NCBI GenBank assembly: GCA_004524445.1 | Contig: SDNP01000008.1 | Location: forward strand, 29,080-93,079 | Length of the DNA stretch: 64,000 nt | Direction of reading: 5' to 3' | Source of the DNA: Candidatus Thorarchaeota archaeon | Lineage (GTDB): Archaea; Asgardarchaeota; Thorarchaeia; Thorarchaeales; Thorarchaeaceae | Part shown: positions 57,259 through 64,000 of the stretch, piece after piece | Layout: each line of letters starts with the position of its first letter | How positions within the stretch are numbered: position 1 is the stretch's first letter | Made by a program: the position numbers and the translations under genes | Notes under the pieces: generated by a model | The model's database searches: none | Told to the model about the DNA's origin: nothing | The model's input: only the letters and a program-made list of their open reading frames with translations

Positions 57259-57561
57259 CTAATACACTTCACGCGGACTTTGCCGTAGCCTATCTGGCAG
57301 CTGCCCTCCCTCGCCATCAATCTCCAGCCTGTAGCCACGTCCGATTCTCTCACCTGATCGTGACAAATATCCGCTCTTGGAGATTCCACGGGCTTGCCGT
57401 TCTGCTGCTCGCCGAATAATCATGCTTTCATTGGCTGGAACATTCATTATCAGTTTCTTCTGTGTATCATCGATAGAGAGTGAAATCCCTTCATCAGGCA
57501 TTTCTCCAAAGCTCTCTCTCCACTGAGACTCATTCTTATCAAATAGAAGGTAGTTACCCAT
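57259..57561 (-). CDS. Small protein, candidate single-domain gelsolin-like fold
   Basis: Strand-'DD'-strand-loop-long helix (RRAAERQARGI)-strand-'GEG' pattern. Tentative. Confidence 0.45.
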   Translation of the reverse strand: MGNYLLFDKNESQWRESFGEMPDEGISLSIDDTQKKLIMNVPANESMIIRRAAERQARGISKSGYLSRSGERIGRGYRLEIDGEGGQLPDRLRQSPREVY

Positions 57562-57654
57562 ATGCAGCTCTCCGAAGTTTATTCGAAATAACAGTGAAAT
57601 TAATACATATATCTAATTTGCCTATCTATATTCCTCACCAATATGCATGAATAC

Positions 57655-58344
57655 TCATACGGGCAATAGGTGAGCAGTTCCACAATGTTCACAGACCACT
57701 GCTTCTTCCCACGCCTCCGGCAAGGGCAACGGGGCTCCACAATTCTGGCACGATAGACTTTTTATTTCAGAACGCTTTTCTGCCGGAATCTCAAGGCGGA
57801 ATACCTTACTCGCTATGTCCTTTGTAGTCTTGCCAATCCTATTGGCGGCTCTTGCAACTGCGCTTGTTTCATTCTCTGTCAATGATCCTAGCCCGACTGC
57901 TCTGAAGAAGCTATCCAGTGCCTTGCCTATTTTTCCAAAGACGGAGCCAGCCTTCCAGGCGAAGACATCGGTAACCCTCAGTTCTATCAGTTTATCATCA
58001 GAGTGTCCTGGAATTTGATAGCCATCCTTCCACTTTGTGCGTTCGTCGCGCATTGGCGAGAGGGTTTCACCACACGAAGGACATTCAAGCTGCCATCTAG
58101 TAGGGCCGAACCAACCGTCTTTGTGCTTTTTTTCTCCGACATCATACCAGCATCTCTTATGGGCTATTTTGTTGCAGTTTGGACACTGAAAAAGGTAATA
58201 GCGTTCTGGCTGTGCTTTTACTTGTCGCCCAGTATGAACTGGTGCATAGGCCAGGTCCGATGGCTTATTGTTAAGGAGGTAGGAGCCGCAAATGAAACAG
58301 AGTTTTCCATCAAAAGCACCAATTCTCTCAGGTTGTACACGCAC
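57655..58344 (-). CDS. Zinc-finger protein: N-terminal C4HC3 (PHD/RINGv-like) finger and C-terminal zinc ribbon
   Basis: CFIC...CPNC-x4-H-x2-C...CPSC, then CQNC...CEHC. Confidence 0.65.
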   Translation of the reverse strand: MRVQPERIGAFDGKLCFICGSYLLNNKPSDLAYAPVHTGRQVKAQPERYYLFQCPNCNKIAHKRCWYDVGEKKHKDGWFGPTRWQLECPSCGETLSPMRDERTKWKDGYQIPGHSDDKLIELRVTDVFAWKAGSVFGKIGKALDSFFRAVGLGSLTENETSAVARAANRIGKTTKDIASKVFRLEIPAEKRSEIKSLSCQNCGAPLPLPEAWEEAVVCEHCGTAHLLPV

Positions 58345-58465
58345 TTACAATGACCTCGCATCCCGTCTTCATTATTCGCTCTTAAAATGTGCCATTGGAC
58401 ATATGAGAACCTGAAAATTTGTAGAAACTCTAGAATGAGTTTAACTCCTCTATATGGTACCACGT

Positions 58466-59107
58466 TTAGGAGCCTTTTCTTCGAATTTCTAATCCATGGC
58501 GAACCAATACCGCCTCTAGGTTCCGAATATCGTATCCCTCCACCTTGTTCTTCTTCCAAAACTCTTTCAGAGACCTAGTGGGGTGCCCGGTGTCAGAGAT
58601 TATGCCCAAATCTCTAGCAGCTTTTACTTCGATATCAGTGAGCTTGGGGTCTGCATTCTGCCAAACGCCTCGTAATTCCCTCAAAAATATTCGAGTGGTA
58701 ATCGGGCCAATGCCTTGAAAAAGTTCTAGCTTATTCTCAAGCTCTTCCGGAGAGTCACTCTGCTCATCGAGCTTGGTTACGTTTCCGCCATATTCATTCA
58801 ACAGCCTTTGAGATATCGCCTTCATGTAATCAGCAGTTATTCCATCATACCTGGTATATCCGCCCTCTCCATGAGCTTTTACCAACGTGTGATGCCAAGC
58901 AGAATCAATTGCCTCAGGGGTAACAAGTCCTCTATCCTCATAGACCCTGTATGTCTGTTTTGCTATATTGACTGATATACGTCCGCCAAAGAGAATTGAT
59001 GCGATTAACCACTTGAATGGATCCCTCTCGACATCAATACCGAGCTCCTCTGAGAAGAGCTCCCCCTTTCTCTTAAGCAGATTCCGAAGGTCAGAAGTTC
59101 TCTCCAA
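58466..59107 (-). CDS. HhH-GPD / endonuclease III-like fold protein
   Basis: 'FKWLIASILFG.RIS..IA', 'GGY.RYD', HhH 'FQGIGP....IFLRE'. Start placed at TTG 59107. Confidence 0.75.
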   Translation of the reverse strand: MERTSDLRNLLKRKGELFSEELGIDVERDPFKWLIASILFGGRISVNIAKQTYRVYEDRGLVTPEAIDSAWHHTLVKAHGEGGYTRYDGITADYMKAISQRLLNEYGGNVTKLDEQSDSPEELENKLELFQGIGPITTRIFLRELRGVWQNADPKLTDIEVKAARDLGIISDTGHPTRSLKEFWKKNKVEGYDIRNLEAVLVRHGLEIRRKGS

Positions 59108-59354
59108 TTCGTCCCTTCTCCTCACGTTCGAATTTCTCCCAAGAACTTGCCACTGAGTCATGACCTCTGTTACGCAGTTCCTCTAAAACGTAATCACGAA
59201 TCGCAGAGCTTTCTATTGTACCAGTAAAATGAGTACCGGTTGATTGGGCAATCTTTTCTGCAACCTCAGGGGGTGCTCCAGCCTTTGCCACGCTGGCGGC
59301 TACCTTGTTGGGTGCAAATGATTCTCGTCTACCATTTCTCTTTTTCACATCCAT
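59091..59354 (-). CDS. Stand-alone ATP-cone domain protein
   Basis: 'VKKRNGRRESF...KV..S..KAG', 'I.S..IRD.V...L'. GGAGGTG RBS. Confidence 0.88.
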   Translation of the reverse strand: MDVKKRNGRRESFAPNKVAASVAKAGAPPEVAEKIAQSTGTHFTGTIESSAIRDYVLEELRNRGHDSVASSWEKFEREEKGRIGENF

Positions 59355-59535
59355 TATCGTTTCACCTCCATCTCTTCATGAATTAACTATTGATTATTCC
59401 CTTTTGTTGCTTTTGGATTGTAAGCTTGCCCAAGGGGGCAAGAATACGACAGGCGGCTATTGCGAAGTCGGCAAAACGCTAAAAAGTAGGATAAGATGTC
59501 AACAAGAGAAGTGCCTTATCAGGGAGCAAAGTGCG

Positions 59536-62211
59536 GTGGCTGAAAATAGACGAATCAGAAAAATTGCTGAGATAAAAGAACCTGAAACCCAGCGTTATGG
59601 CTCCAAGGCTTGTAACCTAGCTCGGCTTGCAAAAATGGGATTGAACGTTCCAAGTGCATTTGTGGTGGATACTGAAACATTCGATTATATTGTGGAAACA
59701 AATGGATGGAGAGATTTCATAAACGAGGCACTAAGCGACTGCGACCTATCAGATCCCAGTCAATTGAATGATGTATCAACCAAGATTCGCAGACAGATGC
59801 TGAAGGGGCAACTGCCTTCAGACCTTATAGTCAGTATCACTTCCACGGTAGAAGCAATGGATGCGGATGTACTGGTAGTTCGTTCGTCTGCCACAGCTGA
59901 GGACCTTCCCGATGCCTCATTCGCTGGACAATACGATACATTTCTGAACATCACAACACAAGACGAGGTAATCCAGAAGATAGTGGCTTGCTACGCCTCT
60001 CTTTGGACCCCACGAGCCATCACTTATAGAAAAGAACTTGAAATTCCTCATGACAAAATCAAGCTAGCTGTGATTGTCCAGAATCAAGTTGATGCAAAGA
60101 GTGCCGGTGTATTGTTTACTAGAGACCCGGTATCACCATTCCACGATTATGCAGTCATCGAGTCGACAGCAGGTTTGGGGGAGAGCGTCGTATCAGGCGA
60201 CGTTACTCCAGATCGTTTCTATATATCAAGAGAGATGCAGGGCAGCCGCACTGATTTCACAATCATCAGAACAGAACTGAATGGGCACGAGCAGTCATCA
60301 GCGAGGAGCTCCCCTAGGAATGGAGAGTATGTATCTGCATCGATTAATAAAAACCAGGCAAAGAAAATAGCAGCGATTGGTGAAAGGATAGAACAGGAAT
60401 TTGGTCTCTATCAAGATGTCGAGTGGGCAATCGACAAGAAAGGCTCAATTCACATCCTCCAGACACGACCAATCACGACGCTAGCAATTGCAGAAGATGA
60501 CGCCTATTGGACTAGAGGGTATGCCGACGATTACTGGAATGACAATGTCACGCCCTTATTTTTCGACCTGTTAGGCGATCAGTTAACCTACATTGTAAAT
60601 AATGAATTGAATGCGATAATGGGATACGAGCAAATGTCTTCGGAGCTTTTACGATTTCACAAGGCACATGCATATTTCAACCTCGATGTGCTCAAGCGAA
60701 AGGTAATCAATGAGATACCACCATTCTTGCGTTCGGAGGATGTGCTAAATTATTTCCCAGAGGGCACAGGCATCTATGGGAAGGAAACAATGAAAAACTT
60801 GCCCTTTAATCTCAAAAGCCGCTTGATGGCGGAGATACGGGTTATGCTATTTGATGGTCAAGGAAGTATGACCAAGACTGCAGATGTCTATCAAGAGTGG
60901 AATGATGAGGTGTTTGTTCCCTATTGCAAATATTTCGACAAGGAACTACAGTCTTTGCGAATGAATGGGTCAGATAAGGATCTCATGAATCTGGCCGATG
61001 AACTGGACAAGTTGATGATGGATCATTTCAGATTGGTGCGCTATGGCATACCTGTACATAACATAGGCATGAACCTAATGTCAAGCTATTTACTGCGGAG
61101 GTTCTTAGGAGAAGATAGGGCTTCAAGGGTGTATCCCATTCTGATTTCCGGGCTAGACCATAAAACAAGTGAAACAAATGAGGCACTCTACCAACTGGTT
61201 GAATTCGCGGCAAAGAAACCCTTGGTGCGGAGAATAATCTTAGAATCCAAACCGGACCGCGTTCTAAACAATCTTCGTCAAGATGAGAGCATCGAGTCCA
61301 GCCAATTTATTGAGGAATTTGATGATTTCATTGATGAATATGGAGTAAGAGGTTTCACTCGTGAGCCGTTTTATCCACGATGGAAGGAAGATCCCGGTCT
61401 AGTCTTTAATGTCATGAAGAGCCTATTACGTGGTCAGTCAGAAGTCAGGTCCCGGGATAGACAGCAACTCCGATATGAGAGAGAGAAGATAGAGAAGGAG
61501 GTTAGAAAATCCATCCTCAATCAAAGGTTTGGACAGGTTAAGTGGATCTTGTTCTCCACCATCCTTGGGTTTGCTAGACGTTATATCTGCTTCCGGGAGG
61601 ATCAAAGATTCAATTTGGATAGATGGATAACTAGAAACAGAGAGTTGTTTCTTGAGTTGGGAAGCAGATTCATGCAGTTGGGGATTCTTGAAACGCCATC
61701 AGACATATTCTTCCTTAGAAGGAAAGAGATACGCAATTTAATTCGTGATGAGCCAGATTCTGAAGCAATCAAACATGTCCGCTCGGTAATGCTTGAGAGA
61801 AAAGAGGATTTCCAAGAAAATGAAGATAGCACACCGCCGAAATTTCTGGTAGCCAGTTCTGAATATGATGACATTGAGGTAGATATCGAAGATGGAGTAT
61901 TGAGAGGAATTCCAGCAAGTCAGGGAAAAGCAACAGGGACAATTCGGGTGTTGCACTCAATTCATGAAATTTCCGAAGTTTTAGAGGGTGAAATTCTTGT
62001 GGTTCCCAAGACCGACCCTGGTTGGACACCCGTATTTGCCAAGATAGGTGGATTGATCACTGAAACCGGAGGAATTCTGAGCCATGGCGCAGTAGTATCG
62101 AGAGAATATGATATCCCGGCAATCACGAATATTAGACATGCTTGTGAAACCTTTCAAACTGGGCAGAAGGTATCAATTGATGGTACAAAGGGGCATATAC
62201 ATATTCATTGA
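59536..62211 (+). CDS. PEP-synthase-like phosphotransferase with rifampin-phosphotransferase domain order
   Basis: ATP-grasp ('G.KA.NL', 'VRSSA..ED....SFAGQY', 'LQTRPIT'), central helical domain, C-terminal His-swivel 'GGILSHGAVVSREY'. Start placed at GTG 59536. Confidence 0.88.
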   Translation: MAENRRIRKIAEIKEPETQRYGSKACNLARLAKMGLNVPSAFVVDTETFDYIVETNGWRDFINEALSDCDLSDPSQLNDVSTKIRRQMLKGQLPSDLIVSITSTVEAMDADVLVVRSSATAEDLPDASFAGQYDTFLNITTQDEVIQKIVACYASLWTPRAITYRKELEIPHDKIKLAVIVQNQVDAKSAGVLFTRDPVSPFHDYAVIESTAGLGESVVSGDVTPDRFYISREMQGSRTDFTIIRTELNGHEQSSARSSPRNGEYVSASINKNQAKKIAAIGERIEQEFGLYQDVEWAIDKKGSIHILQTRPITTLAIAEDDAYWTRGYADDYWNDNVTPLFFDLLGDQLTYIVNNELNAIMGYEQMSSELLRFHKAHAYFNLDVLKRKVINEIPPFLRSEDVLNYFPEGTGIYGKETMKNLPFNLKSRLMAEIRVMLFDGQGSMTKTADVYQEWNDEVFVPYCKYFDKELQSLRMNGSDKDLMNLADELDKLMMDHFRLVRYGIPVHNIGMNLMSSYLLRRFLGEDRASRVYPILISGLDHKTSETNEALYQLVEFAAKKPLVRRIILESKPDRVLNNLRQDESIESSQFIEEFDDFIDEYGVRGFTREPFYPRWKEDPGLVFNVMKSLLRGQSEVRSRDRQQLRYEREKIEKEVRKSILNQRFGQVKWILFSTILGFARRYICFREDQRFNLDRWITRNRELFLELGSRFMQLGILETPSDIFFLRRKEIRNLIRDEPDSEAIKHVRSVMLERKEDFQENEDSTPPKFLVASSEYDDIEVDIEDGVLRGIPASQGKATGTIRVLHSIHEISEVLEGEILVVPKTDPGWTPVFAKIGGLITETGGILSHGAVVSREYDIPAITNIRHACETFQTGQKVSIDGTKGHIHIH

Positions 62212-62226
62212 GAGGGAACGATTCTG

Positions 62227-63192
62227 ATGGAGCAATTGACACACGATATTGGCAATACTGACGAAAATTGGAATGAGAGCTACTACTTGGTTTTCTATGA
62301 CAAAGAAAACGAGATTGGTGGGATGAGTAGAGTTGGTTTCAAGCCAAATAAACCAGAAGGCATGACTTTCTTCTTTATCTTTCTCCCAGATGGTTCGGTT
62401 GGCGCATATCATTTGGAAGATAATGCAGGGAACTATCCTGAGAACCTAGCTGTTGGTGGCGTAACTCACAAGCCATTGAGAAATGGTAGCTGGAAGTTCC
62501 TCTTCGAGGGGCCGCTAATCATTCTAGATGATTCGAGAAATTTGCCAAAAGTAAGTAAGAGCCCAGAAGTTATCACAGATCTTCTTGGAGGAAAAATCGA
62601 ACTACAATTTTCTCCCATAAATGAGCCCTATGAATATAGCGAGCATATGACAACGAAATCACTAGAGCTTGGCAAGAAGTCAGGAGATAAGCACTGGGAA
62701 CAGATTGCACAGGTTAGCGGCAATATCAGAATCGGTGAAAAAGAATACATCGTCGAAAAGGCCATGGCACAGAGAGATCATACGCATGGAATAAGAGACT
62801 GGACCGGAGTGGGAAACTGGTTCTATTTCGTAGTCTGGTTTGGTCCTAATCTGGCAATCAATCCCGCTGCTATCGTGACGGATGACGGAGAGCTTGGTTC
62901 GGGTGGTTTTCTATTCAGGGATGGAAAAAACATACCTCTTATCGAGATAACACTCAAAGAGCACAAGTTCGAGGAAGATGGAGCCTATCCCATCAAAACT
63001 GTGCTTGAACTGACTGACGCTAATGGTAATTATCATATTTTGGAAGCTGAACCAGGACGGATTATTCCCGTTCCATTTACCGAAAGAGATGGAAGAGAGT
63101 CAATTCTGATTCAATCGTTCGGAAAATTCAAACTTGATGAGATAACTGGTGGTTATGGCTCTTACGAAATCCTTCGCAGATTAGACTCGTAA
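62227..63192 (+). CDS. AttH/CrtC/tocopherol-cyclase-like beta-barrel protein
   Basis: 'WNESYY..FYD', 'HWEQ...V.G', 'RDHTHG.RDW'. Confidence 0.65.
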   Translation: MEQLTHDIGNTDENWNESYYLVFYDKENEIGGMSRVGFKPNKPEGMTFFFIFLPDGSVGAYHLEDNAGNYPENLAVGGVTHKPLRNGSWKFLFEGPLIILDDSRNLPKVSKSPEVITDLLGGKIELQFSPINEPYEYSEHMTTKSLELGKKSGDKHWEQIAQVSGNIRIGEKEYIVEKAMAQRDHTHGIRDWTGVGNWFYFVVWFGPNLAINPAAIVTDDGELGSGGFLFRDGKNIPLIEITLKEHKFEEDGAYPIKTVLELTDANGNYHILEAEPGRIIPVPFTERDGRESILIQSFGKFKLDEITGGYGSYEILRRLDS

Positions 63193-63250
63193 TTGGAATA
63201 TGCGACGGATATTAATACCCAACAAGGCAAACAGGAGATGGAGAATATAG

Positions 63251-63892
63251 ATGTTTGAGATGGTGCAGGAGCCGGGCATCGAACAAACAATGTCAAAGAC
63301 AATCGTCTATGTGGTCAATACGGCGGAGCCTAATCCCGAAGGAGAAGCATTGACAGACAGGGGGAAAGAACAAAGTCATGAGTTATTTCGTTCTCGTTTA
63401 ATAACAGGACCCGAATCTATCTATTCGGGCATATCTGGCCCAGTTATGCAGACCGCCGATATTGTATCATCTGATTTTGGTATCCCTTCAATCATGGTTG
63501 AGTGTCTAAGCAACGCCAATTTGGGAAAATCAGATGGTTCTCTTGAGGATAAAAAGAGGAAAATTTTAGAGATGTGGGATGACCTTGACCGCTCACCTGA
63601 AAACGGAGAGTCTATGCGGGAAATTCAGTCAATATTGTCGAATTGTGTAAATGAGTTGGCGGTAAATCACTCAGGACAAAGCATAGTCGTTGTGTGTGAA
63701 TCCATACCCTTCATTCTATTTTACAGACTAGTTGTTGGGGGAGTTCCCACAAAGGATGAATGGCTGAATCTCGGATACTGCAGCTGTGCATCGTACGAGT
63801 ATTCTAACAATGGCTGGGCACTTCTACTGCCACCAGATAATACGTATCTCAGTGAGCCGAGTACAGTATCTGATGTATTCTCCAGCGAGTAG
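63251..63892 (+). CDS. Histidine-phosphatase-fold protein lacking catalytic residues
   Basis: 'LT..GKEQ', 'IYS', 'QTA', 'PENGES', 'IVVVC' framework is present, but RHG is replaced by NTA. Confidence 0.7.
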   Translation: MFEMVQEPGIEQTMSKTIVYVVNTAEPNPEGEALTDRGKEQSHELFRSRLITGPESIYSGISGPVMQTADIVSSDFGIPSIMVECLSNANLGKSDGSLEDKKRKILEMWDDLDRSPENGESMREIQSILSNCVNELAVNHSGQSIVVVCESIPFILFYRLVVGGVPTKDEWLNLGYCSCASYEYSNNGWALLLPPDNTYLSEPSTVSDVFSSE

Positions 63893-63908
63893 ATTCAAAA
63901 AAGGAAAG

Positions 63909-63928
63909 AAGGGATGTTGCCATCCCTT
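63909..63928 (-). terminator. Hairpin plus T-run between convergent genes
   Basis: AAGGGATG-ttgc-CATCCCTT, preceded on the + strand by an A-run (a T-run on the minus strand). Confidence 0.55.
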
Positions 63929-63934
63929 GATAGT

Positions 63935-64000
63935 TTACCTTCTACGACGCAATAGAACCAATATGATGACAATAACAGCCACTAGGCCGCCTACCAAAAC
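63935..64000 (-). CDS. 3' end of a membrane-anchored protein (partial)
   Basis: Translates VLVGGLVAVIVIILVLLRRRR*. Confidence 0.65.
   Translation of the reverse strand, partial: VLVGGLVAVIVIILVLLRRRR

Noticed and set aside
1-64000. CRISPR arrays, tRNA or rRNA genes (including tRNA-Sec)
   Set aside because: No regularly spaced repeats or cloverleaf/rRNA-like sequence were seen in intergenic regions by eye. tRNAscan-SE or Infernal would be needed to exclude them.

Overview
Gene-dense archaeal chromosome segment, most consistent with an Asgard archaeon (Thorarchaeota-like). This assignment is inferred from a eukaryote-type SECIS, candidate gelsolin-like and C4HC3-finger proteins, and overall gene content. 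The window is dominated by anaerobic redox metabolism: two tungsten AOR-family enzymes, an HdrA-MvhD fusion with a polyferredoxin, an hdrC-hdrB-hdrA'-hdrA''-mvhD operon, a group 3c hydrogenase and a GTP-dependent PEPCK. It also carries metal transport, DNA repair and sulfur-relay genes. Highlights not shown by the ORF track: (1) a hidden 53-aa selenoprotein, VhuU (43630-43791, minus strand, in-frame UGA in DCULSCGAH), which supplies the missing C-terminal metal ligands of the hydrogenase and is followed by a eukaryote-like AUGA/AAA/GA SECIS that overlaps its own stop codon; (2) two paralogous PAS-PAS-histidine kinases with a C-terminal CxxC thioredoxin-fold domain, one of which lacks the phosphoacceptor His; (3) an AOR-HdrA/MvhD module bracketed by two truncated duplications (arsR-cadA' and hdrC-hdrB'). 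No rRNA, tRNA, CRISPR array or transposase was recognised. All calls come from motif reading only, with no database searches.
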